Shown here one piece after another: positions 35,569 to 45,530 of a stretch of 60,536 bases of DNA (position 1 is the stretch's first letter; the number at the start of each line of letters is the position of its first letter). This DNA is from Chthoniobacterales bacterium (lineage in GTDB: Bacteria > Verrucomicrobiota > Verrucomicrobiia > Chthoniobacterales > UBA10450): assembly GCA_036522675.1 (NCBI GenBank), contig DATDFJ010000128.1:1-60536 (forward strand). Reading direction: 5' to 3'. The translations under genes were made by a program, and so were the position numbers. The notes beneath the pieces were generated by a model that did no database searches, had not been told where the DNA came from, and saw only the letters and a list, made by a program, of their open reading frames with translations.

Positions 35569-38232
35569 GTGGCCTTGGCGATGATCAACGCGGATAATTT
35601 TTTACATGGCGCTCCTATTCCTCTAATCGTCGAGGAGTTCGCCGGTATTCCCCGTAAAGACGAGCCGGTAAATGTGGGCTTTCCGCTCCCTAGGGGAGCG
35701 TTATTCGATCCCGCCAAGATCGCCGTTTATGCGCCGGATAATCGCCGTCGACCGGTTCAAGCGAGCGTTTTGTCGCGCTGGTCCGACGACAGCATTAAGT
35801 GGTTGCGGTTGGACTTTCAAGCCGACGCCGCCGCGCATGAGGCCGCCGAATATAAGATCGTCCTCGGCGGCGAAAGCTCGGAATATGCCGGCCGCGCCGG
35901 CAATGTTGTCCGTCAAGTCGGCGCTGTCATCGAGATAAATACCGGTCGCGCGAATTTTGAGGTCGATGTTCGCTGCTGCAAACCGTTTCAGCGCGTCGTG
36001 GTCAACGGGGTTGATGTCTTGGAGAACGCCGAGATTGCACTTCACGATAACGGTGGCAGACAATATCGGCCTTGGATAACGCAGGTGTCTGTGGAGAGTG
36101 AAGGCCCGCTGCGAACGACATTGTTGCAGAAGGGCCTGTTTCGCTCGGACGCCGATGCGATACTGGCTCACTTCATATCCCGTTTGAGTTTCTTCCATGG
36201 TCGCTCGATCGTCGAGTTCAAATTCACCATTCGCAATCCCAAGTCGTCGTTCCATCCGAACGGGTTTTGGGATTTAGGCGACGCGGGCTCGATTTATTTC
36301 GACCGAGTGACGCTTGGTCTGGCGCTGAAGGAAGCTCGGGGTTCTCGAATCAGCTGGTCGGAAAAACCAGGGCTCCTACCCCGACAACACGAAGGAAAGA
36401 GCCTGGAAATTTATCAGGATTCCAGCGGCGGCGAGAATTGGCGCAGCTCCAATCATGTCAACAGGCATGGAAACATCGCCAGCGTTTTTCGAGGATATCG
36501 CGTGCGGGCTGATGACACGGTGGTGTTAGAGGGCTCCAGAATTACCCCTCATTTATATCTGCAGAATGATCGCGGCGGCATAAGCGCGGCTATAGTCGGC
36601 TTCTGGCAGAACTTTCCAAAGGCCCTGTCGGCGGACGGCAACCGCCTCACGATCGGTCTTTTCCCCGAACAGTTTCAGGACTCTTTTGAACTCCAGGGTG
36701 GAGAGCAAAAAACTCATACGGTGTGGTTCGATTTCGTAGGCGGCCAAAATCAATCGACAGATCTTCAATGGGTGCATGATCGATTGATACCTCGTGCGTC
36801 GCCCGAATGGTACACCGACTGCGGCGTTTTTCCGTATTTCGCGCCGCGATTAAAAGCGGAGGAGACTCCAAAATCGGTTTCTTCTTTACAGTCGCTCGTT
36901 GATAGCGCGGTTGAAGGCGCGAATACCTTCTTCGACCGGCGGGAGATTATAGACGAGTACGGCTGGCGTAATTTTGGCGACCTTTATGCCGATCATGAAG
37001 CTGTCGGTCATCGCGGTAGCGCCCCGTTGGTCGCCCATTACAACAATCAATACGATGTGATCTACGGCGCCATACGGGAGTTCACCAGGAGCGGCAACCG
37101 TAACTGGTATCGGCTTTTCGACGAGCTTGCGAGGCATGTCGTCGACATCGACCTTTATCATACTTCTGAGGATAGGCCGGCGTTCAACGGCGGGTTTTTT
37201 TGGCATACGGAACATTATACGGACGCGGCTTTGGCTACTCACCGCGCGTACTCACGATCCGCGCAGACGAAAGAGCGGCATCTCGCCGGGGGTGGACCGT
37301 CAAGCGAACATAACTACACCAGCGGGTTGACCAACTACTATTTCCTCACCGGGGACAGTATGGCGCGAGAAGCCGTCCTGGACTTGGCGAACTGGGTCAT
37401 CGCGATGGATGCGCCCAGCGGGGGTGCGCTTGGCCTGTTGGACCGCCGGCCAAGGGGACTCTCCACGATGACCGCGTCGTGGAAATATCATGGTCCCGGT
37501 CGGGGATCGGCGAATTCCATCAACGCGCTGCTGGACGCATATGCGCTAACTCGCGATCAAGGGTATCTAAACAAAGCGGAAGCATTGATAAGGCGATGCA
37601 TTCACCCAAAGGAAAACATCGAGATCAGAAAATTAGACGACGTGGAATACCGATGGTCGTATACTGTCTTCCTTCAGATGCTGGGGAAATACCTGGACGC
37701 GAAAATAGAAGAAGGCGAGATCGATTTCATGTACGCTTACGCCAGGGAGAGTCTGCTTCATTATGCACGCTGGATGCTCGATCACGAAGTCCCCTATAAA
37801 GAAGTTTACCACAAGGTGCTGATTCCGACCGAAACTTGGCCCGCTCAGGATATTCGAAAGAGTAATGCTTTCAAGTTTGCCGCCAGGCACGCAGATGAAC
37901 CGCTACGCTCGCTATTTCTTCAGAAGTCCGATTACTTTTTCGAGCGCTGCATAACAGATTTGCTGGCGTTCCAAACCTGCGGCTTGACGCGGCCTATCGT
38001 CTTGATGCTGACCAACGGATTCATGCATTCTTACGTTTTGGCTCGCGGACTAGACCGCGCGCCCGCTCCGGCGGCGGAATACGATTTCGGACCGTTTCGC
38101 AACTTTCGTCCGCAATTTTATGAGCTCTGCTGGCTGAGGGAGCGATTACGGACCGCGGTCGGCAAGGGCATCTCTGTTGCGCGACGCCTCGGCCAGAGCT
38201 TGCGTATAAGACAACAGGAAGCCGTCAACTAA
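35569..38232 (+). CDS. Large hypothetical protein with an N-terminal beta-barrel-like domain and a central alpha/alpha region; possible glycan lyase/hydrolase-like enzyme
   Basis: 887 aa, no signal peptide or TM seen. The N-terminal pattern PVNVGFPLPRGALFD...VQASVLSRWSDDSIKWLRLDF resembles the N-domain of exo-rhamnogalacturonan-lyase-like (PL26-type) proteins. It also has a central HTEHYTD...SSEHNYTSGLTNYYFLTGD. The assignment is tentative. Confidence 0.35.
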   Translation: MALAMINADNFLHGAPIPLIVEEFAGIPRKDEPVNVGFPLPRGALFDPAKIAVYAPDNRRRPVQASVLSRWSDDSIKWLRLDFQADAAAHEAAEYKIVLGGESSEYAGRAGNVVRQVGAVIEINTGRANFEVDVRCCKPFQRVVVNGVDVLENAEIALHDNGGRQYRPWITQVSVESEGPLRTTLLQKGLFRSDADAILAHFISRLSFFHGRSIVEFKFTIRNPKSSFHPNGFWDLGDAGSIYFDRVTLGLALKEARGSRISWSEKPGLLPRQHEGKSLEIYQDSSGGENWRSSNHVNRHGNIASVFRGYRVRADDTVVLEGSRITPHLYLQNDRGGISAAIVGFWQNFPKALSADGNRLTIGLFPEQFQDSFELQGGEQKTHTVWFDFVGGQNQSTDLQWVHDRLIPRASPEWYTDCGVFPYFAPRLKAEETPKSVSSLQSLVDSAVEGANTFFDRREIIDEYGWRNFGDLYADHEAVGHRGSAPLVAHYNNQYDVIYGAIREFTRSGNRNWYRLFDELARHVVDIDLYHTSEDRPAFNGGFFWHTEHYTDAALATHRAYSRSAQTKERHLAGGGPSSEHNYTSGLTNYYFLTGDSMAREAVLDLANWVIAMDAPSGGALGLLDRRPRGLSTMTASWKYHGPGRGSANSINALLDAYALTRDQGYLNKAEALIRRCIHPKENIEIRKLDDVEYRWSYTVFLQMLGKYLDAKIEEGEIDFMYAYARESLLHYARWMLDHEVPYKEVYHKVLIPTETWPAQDIRKSNAFKFAARHADEPLRSLFLQKSDYFFERCITDLLAFQTCGLTRPIVLMLTNGFMHSYVLARGLDRAPAPAAEYDFGPFRNFRPQFYELCWLRERLRTAVGKGISVARRLGQSLRIRQQEAVN

Positions 38233-39440
38233 TGGCTAAGGTTCGACTTCTGGAGCTCCGCAACACCTACAAGTGGGGTGGAGGGCCCGACAAGACGATT
38301 CTGCTCTCCGCGGAGCGCCACGACCAAACGCGGGTCGAGGTCGTGGTCGCTTACATACGGGACGTTCGTGATCGGGAATTCGAGATCGGTCAAAAAGCGC
38401 TCGCAAAGGGCTTGACGTTTTATGAGGTTCCCGAGCGAGGGAAGTTTGATCTGCGGGTGCTCCCCGCGCTGCGCGATATCATCGAGCGCCATGATATCAA
38501 TGTGATCCATTCGCACGATTACAAAAGCGATCTGTTCGCCTATTTATTGCGACGATGGATATGCCGGCGGCACATAGCGCTGATGTCCACGGCGCACGCA
38601 TGGGTGATGTTGGGACCTAAAGGCGAGCTTTACCGCAGATTGGATCTCTTCTTGATGAAAAGATTCGATCGTCTCATCGCGGTCTCGCATGCCACCAAGT
38701 CTGAAATGGTAAATGGCGGAGTTCCGGCGAACAAGATCACGGTGCTGCACAACGGCATTGATACCGACGCCTGGTCGAGAGCCGGCGTTAAAACTACGCT
38801 GCGGGATGAACTCCAGTTACTGGACGCTTTCCCGGTGATCGGCTACGTCGGGCGAATAACGCCGGAAAAGGATCTGGAAACGTGGCTGCGAGCGGCCGCG
38901 ATACTGGCCGAAAAATTTCCACGCGCGCGTTTCCTCCTAGTGGGGGACGGCAAAGAAAACAATGCCCAACAGGGTCTCGACAATCTAGCCAAGACGCTGG
39001 GAATACGCGACAACGTGATCTTCGCCGGATATCGACGGCAACTGCTGCCGGTTTACGCTGCTTTCGACGTCTTTTTCCTGAGCTCGCGACGCGAGGGGCT
39101 TCCCAACAGCCTGCTCGAGGCGATGGCCATGCGCCTGCCCGTGGTTACGAGCGATGTCGCCGGAGCCAGGGAGCTGGTTGTGGACGGCGAGACGGGTTTT
39201 GTTTTGCCCCAGGGCGACGTTCGCGGAATGGCGGAGGCGCTTTTGAATTTGGCCAACCGCGGCGAGGTGCGGATGCGTTTGGCGCAAGCGGGCCGCGAAA
39301 GAGTGGAAAAGGAATTTTCTTTCGCCCATCGCTTGCAAAAAATCGAAGAGATCTACGAACGGTTGACGGATCGAACCGCAAACTTGCCTCCGAGCTCGCG
39401 CGAGCCGAAAGCGGTATCGGACGAGGCGTCTCTCGTTTAG
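38232..39440 (+). CDS. Glycosyltransferase family 4
   Basis: REGLPNSLLEAMAMRLPVVTSDVAGARELVVDGETGFVL. TAATG junction with the upstream gene. Confidence 0.85.
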   Translation: MAKVRLLELRNTYKWGGGPDKTILLSAERHDQTRVEVVVAYIRDVRDREFEIGQKALAKGLTFYEVPERGKFDLRVLPALRDIIERHDINVIHSHDYKSDLFAYLLRRWICRRHIALMSTAHAWVMLGPKGELYRRLDLFLMKRFDRLIAVSHATKSEMVNGGVPANKITVLHNGIDTDAWSRAGVKTTLRDELQLLDAFPVIGYVGRITPEKDLETWLRAAAILAEKFPRARFLLVGDGKENNAQQGLDNLAKTLGIRDNVIFAGYRRQLLPVYAAFDVFFLSSRREGLPNSLLEAMAMRLPVVTSDVAGARELVVDGETGFVLPQGDVRGMAEALLNLANRGEVRMRLAQAGRERVEKEFSFAHRLQKIEEIYERLTDRTANLPPSSREPKAVSDEASLV

Positions 39441-39470
39441 GTCCGTGAACGCGATGGCGGGAACAACATA

Positions 39471-41399
39471 ATGTGCGGGATTTCTGGAATATTGTATTTT
39501 GATCCGGCGCGGTCGGTTTCGGCGCAGAGCGTGCGAAACATGTCGCGGACGCTCGCCCATCGAGGTCCCGATGGGGAGGGAGTTTGGATCGAGCGCAACG
39601 TCGGTATGGCGCACCGGAGGCTCGCGATCATCGACCTTCGCCCCGAAGCCGGCCAGCCGATGTGCAATGAGGACGGAACCGTATGGATTACTTTCAACGG
39701 CGAAATTTATAACTTCCAGGAGCTGCGGCAAGATCTGGAAGCCAGGGGCCATCAATTCAAAACGGCCAGCGACACGGAAGCGATCATTCACGCGTATGAA
39801 GAATACGGTCGCGATTGCCTGTCCCGCCTGCGCGGCATGTTCGCCTTTGCCATCTGGGACAGCAGAACGCGGACCCTGTTTCTGGCCCGAGACCGCGTCG
39901 GCAAAAAGCCGCTGTACTATTACGCCGACCGCGAGCGATTTCTCTTCGCTTCGGAAATCAAAGCGATTCTTTCGGAACGGGATGTGCCTGTCGAAGCGGA
40001 CCCGGTCGGCATCGATCATTTCATCGCTTTAGGCTATGTGCCGGCGCCCTATTCCGCTTTCAAGGGGGTGCGCAAACTGCCGGCGGCTCATTGGCTCGAG
40101 ATCCGAAACGGCCGCATCGAGACGGGCCGCTATTGGAAGTTGCGATATCAGCCAAAAAGAGATTTGAATCTGCGCGATGCCGCGGCCGAGCTCCGGTGGC
40201 GAATTGCCGAAGCCGTGCGCATCCGATTGATCAGCGACGTTCCTATAGGAGCTTTCTTGAGCGGCGGCATTGATTCCAGCGCCGTCGTCGCTTCGATGGC
40301 GGGCGCGATGAGCATGCCGGTCAGAACTTTTGCCGTCGGTTTCGAAGAGAGCGAGTTCGATGAGCGGCATTTTGCGCGAATGGTAGCGGAGAAGTTCCAT
40401 ACCGATCACACGGAGCTCATCGTCAAGGCGCCGGTCGCGGATATCCTGCCGAAATTGGTGTGGTACTACGATGAGCCCTTTGGCGATTCCTCGGCTGTTC
40501 CAAGCTACGCCATCGCGCAGTTGACGCGGCAACATGTAACCGTGGTTCTTAACGGCGACGGCGGCGATGAAAATTTCGCCGGCTACGATCGCTACGTTGT
40601 CAACCGCCGCGCGTATCACGGCGAGATCATTCCTGCTGCTCTTCGTCGCGGCCTATGGAGTGCGTTGAGAACCGTTCCCAAGCATTGGCGGAATCGTCGG
40701 CCGTTAGCAAAAATTGCCAGCGTTGCGGAAGCCATGGCCCAAACTCCCGAGTACCGATATGCGCGCTGGATCGCGATTTCCACCGCGGACGATCGGAACG
40801 GACTATACGCCGATGGGTTTCGGCATTTGCTGGATGGCGACCCGTTGGAACGCTTCGTGGAACAGTTCCGGCAGAGTGACGCCGAGGACTGGACCGACGC
40901 GACGCTAGACGCGGATGTCAACCTATATCTCGCGGATGATCTGTTAGTGAAAATGGATCGCGCGACCATGGCGCACTCGCTGGAGGCCCGCTCGCCGTTT
41001 CTCGACCACGTGTTGATGGAATTTGTCGCCACTCTCCCGCCCCAGCTGAAGTTGTCGGGTTCAGAGAAAAAACGGGTGTTAAAGCAGTCTCTTCGGGGTG
41101 TGTTGCCCGACGCTGTTTTGGACCGGCCAAAAATGGGTTTCGGCGCGCCGATCGATGCCTGGTTTCGTAAGGATTTGCGCGAAATGGCGCATGATGTCTT
41201 GTTGTCCTCGAAAGCGAAACAGCGGGGATATTTTCGACCTGGTGCGGTCGAACGCTTACTCGCCGAACATTGTTCCCAAGAAACGGATTACGCGGCGATG
41301 CTTTGGGATCTGTTGGTGCTCGAACTCTGGCATAGAGCTTTTATCGATGATTCATCAGGGCACTTACGCCGCGTCTCCGGTTCTGCCGTGGGCGCCTAA
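39471..41399 (+). CDS. Asparagine-synthase-family glutamine amidotransferase (AsnB-like, copy 2)
   Basis: MCGISG N-terminal Cys, the SGGIDSS PP-loop, 642 aa. Confidence 0.9.
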   Translation: MCGISGILYFDPARSVSAQSVRNMSRTLAHRGPDGEGVWIERNVGMAHRRLAIIDLRPEAGQPMCNEDGTVWITFNGEIYNFQELRQDLEARGHQFKTASDTEAIIHAYEEYGRDCLSRLRGMFAFAIWDSRTRTLFLARDRVGKKPLYYYADRERFLFASEIKAILSERDVPVEADPVGIDHFIALGYVPAPYSAFKGVRKLPAAHWLEIRNGRIETGRYWKLRYQPKRDLNLRDAAAELRWRIAEAVRIRLISDVPIGAFLSGGIDSSAVVASMAGAMSMPVRTFAVGFEESEFDERHFARMVAEKFHTDHTELIVKAPVADILPKLVWYYDEPFGDSSAVPSYAIAQLTRQHVTVVLNGDGGDENFAGYDRYVVNRRAYHGEIIPAALRRGLWSALRTVPKHWRNRRPLAKIASVAEAMAQTPEYRYARWIAISTADDRNGLYADGFRHLLDGDPLERFVEQFRQSDAEDWTDATLDADVNLYLADDLLVKMDRATMAHSLEARSPFLDHVLMEFVATLPPQLKLSGSEKKRVLKQSLRGVLPDAVLDRPKMGFGAPIDAWFRKDLREMAHDVLLSSKAKQRGYFRPGAVERLLAEHCSQETDYAAMLWDLLVLELWHRAFIDDSSGHLRRVSGSAVGA

Positions 41400-41476
41400 G
41401 CACCAGCTCAAGCGAATTGCTTCGATGGCGATCTTCGGGCCATGAAAGCTTGTAGCCAACTTAGAAAGTAACGACG

Positions 41477-42649
41477 ATGTGGAAAAGTTTTGTTCCCCTA
41501 TTGTGCTGCCCCATGTGCAAGGCGGCTCTGGAATTGGTTCCGTTCGCGCAGGCCTCCGTCGACATTGACGCGCCTTATGAACGTCTGGCGAAGCAGCGGG
41601 GAATTTATAATGCCGATTTCAATCAGTCTATTGAATCAGGCTTGCTGCTGTGCCACGACGGTCGCCACTGGTTTCCGATCGTTTCCGGCGTCCCGATCCT
41701 TTTGCCGTACCAGACACCGGTCCATGAACTATTCGTCAGTCGTTTCGGCAATGAGATGGCGCGGCTGCCTTTCCATTATGAATTCGCCTCCGGCAGGCCA
41801 GTAAGCGGCGAGGAATTCGTCATGAAATCCTTTTCGCAGGAATGGCTCGACTATTCCTACGACGGGGTCATGTGGGGAATGAACTATGAGGATCACGAGA
41901 AGAGATTTTTGTACGAGGTCGGGGCGGGATGTCGTCCAAAGGATAACGGACTTTTTATCGAGATAGGATGCGGGCTGGGGCTCACGAGTTATTGCGCGCA
42001 GAAGAACTTCGGCGTGCAGGCGATCGGCGTGGATCTCAGCCTGGCGGTGTTGAAGGCGGCCGAATATTATAAAACCAATCCATTTCTTCACTTTGTCCAG
42101 GCGTCCGCATTTAAGTTGCCTTTTCGGGAAGGCATTGCCGACGTCGTGTATACGCACGGCGTGCTACACCACACCTATTCGACCTCCAAGGCATTCCAAG
42201 CTGTTGCGCCTCTATGCAAGCCGGGCGGCTTGCTGTACGTCTGGGTTTACGGAATCGAATCCACGCGAGGAAGTCCGCTTCGCCGGATCGCTTATTTGCT
42301 CGAGGAAAAAACTCGCCCGGTGTTCGCTACGCACGACTCGTTGCCGGTTGCGAAGACGTTCATACGCCTGCTCGCCGTCGGGTACATGGGCGTTAACGCA
42401 TATCATCGTTTTCGCAATCCGCGGATGCAACGCTATAATTTTCAACGGGCACTGCACGCGGCTCGCGATCGGTTTACGCCTTTATATGCCCATCGTCACG
42501 ATCACGAAGAGGTCGCGCAATGGTTTCGTGAGGCCGGCTTCGATCAGATCCAGAAAGTGGACTGGCAGATTATGCCGTTGGCAGACAGAGACAACTACCG
42601 GCGCAATGTCGGCGTCCGAGCGCGGCGCAGACATACTCCTGAACCTTAA
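41477..42649 (+). CDS. SAM-dependent methyltransferase with an N-terminal Trm112-like zinc-ribbon segment
   Basis: LLCCPMCKAALEL ... LLCHDGRHWFPIVSGVPILLP is followed by motif I IEIGCGLGLTSYCAQ. Confidence 0.7.
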   Translation: MWKSFVPLLCCPMCKAALELVPFAQASVDIDAPYERLAKQRGIYNADFNQSIESGLLLCHDGRHWFPIVSGVPILLPYQTPVHELFVSRFGNEMARLPFHYEFASGRPVSGEEFVMKSFSQEWLDYSYDGVMWGMNYEDHEKRFLYEVGAGCRPKDNGLFIEIGCGLGLTSYCAQKNFGVQAIGVDLSLAVLKAAEYYKTNPFLHFVQASAFKLPFREGIADVVYTHGVLHHTYSTSKAFQAVAPLCKPGGLLYVWVYGIESTRGSPLRRIAYLLEEKTRPVFATHDSLPVAKTFIRLLAVGYMGVNAYHRFRNPRMQRYNFQRALHAARDRFTPLYAHRHDHEEVAQWFREAGFDQIQKVDWQIMPLADRDNYRRNVGVRARRRHTPEP

Positions 42650-42711
42650 AGCGCCTACGGACGCCGCACAGCGCGCCCGAACCCAAGTCTTGTCATCTCC
42701 ACGAAGCTGAA

Positions 42712-43671
42712 ATGAGCAACACGGCGCAGCTCGTCGTCGTCATCGATACCGAGGAGGACTTCGACTGGTCGGGGGAGTTCTCGCGCGACAACACCGCGGT
42801 CGGCTCCATGCGCTCAATCGGACGCGCGCAGCGACTTTTTGAAGAGTACGGCGTCACGCCGGTGTATGTCATCGATTATCCGATCGCTTCTCAGCGGGGC
42901 GGTTACGAACCGCTGGCGGAAATTCACGCGCAAAAGGCTTGTGTCGTCGGCGCCCATCTTCACCCGTGGGTCAATCCGCCGTTCGTTGAGGAGGTCAATC
43001 GCTACAACAGCTTTCCCGGCAATCTCGGCCGTTCCCTGGAAGCGGCGAAGCTGAAAGTTCTCACCGATACGATAGCCGCACGGTTCGGGCAGCCGCGCAT
43101 CTACAAAGCTGGTCGCTACGGGTTAGGACCGCACACCGCGGCGATTCTGGAAGAGCAGGGTTATGAGGTCGATTTGAGCGTATGCCCGTATATGAATTAC
43201 TCCGCCGAAGGCGGTCCGGATTTCAGCGCGAACTCCGCCTGGCCGTCGAGAGTCGGCGAACGTCTGCTTGAGCTGCCGCTGACCGTCGGTTATGCAGGAG
43301 CTCTGCGGCGGTGGGGTCCGTGCCTGCACGATCTCGCGACTAAAAAGCCGTTTCTATCGCTTCGCATTCCGGGTATACTTGCGCGTATCGGATTCCTGAA
43401 CAAGATTTGGCTCTCGCCGGAAGGCTATCTACCGGAAGAGCTAATTGCGCTGACGACAGCGCTCTACCGCAGCGGCCTTAGAGTTTTCTCTTTCGCATTT
43501 CATAGTCCTTCGCTGGAAGCCGGGCATACGCCGTACGTACGTTCCCAAGCCGACCTCGAGCGATTTTTCCTCACCTGTCGGCGTTTTTTCGATTTCTTTT
43601 TCGGCGAGCTCGGCGGCGTCGCAACCACGCCGCTGGAACTGAGAGCGAATTTCGCCATCAAGCATTCATGA
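42712..43671 (+). CDS. Polysaccharide-deacetylase-like protein (WalW-type family)
   Basis: The N-terminal VVVIDTEEDFDWSGEFSR...YGVTPVYVIDYPIA pattern is one I associate with the WalW/deacetylase-like family. No search was run. Confidence 0.5.
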   Translation: MSNTAQLVVVIDTEEDFDWSGEFSRDNTAVGSMRSIGRAQRLFEEYGVTPVYVIDYPIASQRGGYEPLAEIHAQKACVVGAHLHPWVNPPFVEEVNRYNSFPGNLGRSLEAAKLKVLTDTIAARFGQPRIYKAGRYGLGPHTAAILEEQGYEVDLSVCPYMNYSAEGGPDFSANSAWPSRVGERLLELPLTVGYAGALRRWGPCLHDLATKKPFLSLRIPGILARIGFLNKIWLSPEGYLPEELIALTTALYRSGLRVFSFAFHSPSLEAGHTPYVRSQADLERFFLTCRRFFDFFFGELGGVATTPLELRANFAIKHS

Positions 43672-43681
43672 AAGCCAAACT

Positions 43682-45526
43682 ATGGTCATTCTAGGAATTT
43701 CGCCGCTGGACAAAGATTCCACGGTAACCATCGTGCAGGACGGCAAAGTTTTGTTCGCCGCCGGCGAGGAGCGCTTCACGCGGAATAAGCTTCAGGACGG
43801 CTTTCCCGCCCAGGCGCTCGAGGCCGGGTTGAATTTTACCGGCGTGCGAGCCGCGGACATCGATAGTGTCGCTTATCCTTTCTTCGACTGGAGAAAGGAG
43901 ACGGAGCTATTCAGCAAGAATTTGCAAAGCGAGAAAAAATTTCTCGACGCGACCGCCGTCAACGGCACGCAACGGCGGATTAGAGAAGCTCTGGCGAAAG
44001 TGCCGCACCGCACGGAGCCGATTCACGGTCTTGCCGATCCCAATGAGAAGATGCAGAAGCCGCTTCTCAACCGGGCTTTTTACCGTCTGGCGGGCGCGGA
44101 AGGCGTCCTGTCGCGAAACCTGGCTAAAAAGGCTTCTAGCGAGTGGGGGAACGAATCCAAGGCCTATCACAAGGCCTGGCAAGAGAATCTCGAAAGCGGA
44201 TTGACGGAATTCGGTCTCTTGCCGAAGCTCAAGCGCTACGAGCACCACATGGCGCACGCCGCGGCCGCCTTCTACGCGAGCGGATTCGAGCGCTCGCTGA
44301 TCGTCACGCTTGACGGATACGGATCGGGACTCGCGGGCTCGGTGAGCGTCGCGGAAGGCGGCCACATCCGGCGCATTCACAGCCTCGAATATCCGCATTC
44401 ACTGGGAACCTTTTACGAAAGCGTCACGTCGTCGTTGGGATTTCGGCCGAGCCGCCACGAAGGCAAAATCGTCGGTCTCGCCGCCTACGGCGATCCCGAC
44501 ATCCTGCTCGATGTGGTGCTGGGACGCTTTCGCCAGACGCCCGGCGATTTCCGGATCGTTGAGAGCAATAATATTTATTTTTCGCGCCATCTGGCCTCTT
44601 TGTTTCCCAAAGTCGATGTCGCCGCGGCGTATCAGCGCGCGCTCGAAGTCGTCGCAAGCAATTACATACGCCACTTCGTTCAAAAGACGGGAATCGACGC
44701 GGTGGCGCTCGCGGGCGGCGTCGCCGCCAACGTCAAGCTGAACCAGCGCATTCTCGAAATTCCGGAGGTCAAACGGCTGTTCATCTATCCGAACATGGGC
44801 GACGGAGGGTGCGGAACCGGCGCGGCGTTTTTGGCTGCCGGAGGCGACCTGCGAGAGCGGCAGCCGTATCAGACGGTTTACTTCGGCCCCGAATACTCCG
44901 ACGACGACATTGTAGCCGCGCTCAGAGCCGCCGGACTCACCTTCGAACGCTTGACGCCGATCGAGCCTGCGATCGCTAAACTGATCCATGAAGGTCATGT
45001 CGTCGCACGTTTCAACGGGCGCATGGAATACGGTCCACGCGCGCTCGGCAACCGCTCGATCCTGTACCGGGCGACCGAGCCCGACGTCAACCAGTGGCTC
45101 AACCAACGCTTAGGCCGCACGGAATTCATGCCGTTCGCGCCGGTCACTTTGTTCGAGGAGCGGCATCGGTGTTATAATGCGATCGGCGGAGCGGAACACG
45201 CCGCTCAGTTCATGACCATTACCTTCGACTGCACCGACTATATGAGGAAGGCCTCTCCGGCCGCGGTGCACGTCGATGGGACAGCGCGTCCACAGCTGAT
45301 CCGCGAGGAGGCGAACCCGAGTTATTATCGCATCCTCAGCGAATACCACCGGCTGAGCGGCATTCCATCGCTGATCAACACCAGCTTCAACATGCACGAA
45401 GAGCCGATCGTGAATTCGCCCGCCGACGCGGTGCGCGCGTTTCTCGAGGGCAACCTGGATTATTTGGCGATCGGGAATTTCCTCGTGAAACAGCCGTCGG
45501 CGAGCGGCGCGTCGAGGAGAATGTAA
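43682..45526 (+). CDS. Carbamoyltransferase, NodU/CmcH family (copy 2)
   Basis: 614 aa. MVILGISPLDKDSTVTIVQDGKVLFAAGEERFTRNK and SLINTSFNMHEEPIV are collinear with copy 1. Confidence 0.9.
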   Translation: MVILGISPLDKDSTVTIVQDGKVLFAAGEERFTRNKLQDGFPAQALEAGLNFTGVRAADIDSVAYPFFDWRKETELFSKNLQSEKKFLDATAVNGTQRRIREALAKVPHRTEPIHGLADPNEKMQKPLLNRAFYRLAGAEGVLSRNLAKKASSEWGNESKAYHKAWQENLESGLTEFGLLPKLKRYEHHMAHAAAAFYASGFERSLIVTLDGYGSGLAGSVSVAEGGHIRRIHSLEYPHSLGTFYESVTSSLGFRPSRHEGKIVGLAAYGDPDILLDVVLGRFRQTPGDFRIVESNNIYFSRHLASLFPKVDVAAAYQRALEVVASNYIRHFVQKTGIDAVALAGGVAANVKLNQRILEIPEVKRLFIYPNMGDGGCGTGAAFLAAGGDLRERQPYQTVYFGPEYSDDDIVAALRAAGLTFERLTPIEPAIAKLIHEGHVVARFNGRMEYGPRALGNRSILYRATEPDVNQWLNQRLGRTEFMPFAPVTLFEERHRCYNAIGGAEHAAQFMTITFDCTDYMRKASPAAVHVDGTARPQLIREEANPSYYRILSEYHRLSGIPSLINTSFNMHEEPIVNSPADAVRAFLEGNLDYLAIGNFLVKQPSASGASRRM

Positions 45527-45530
45527 GCGA

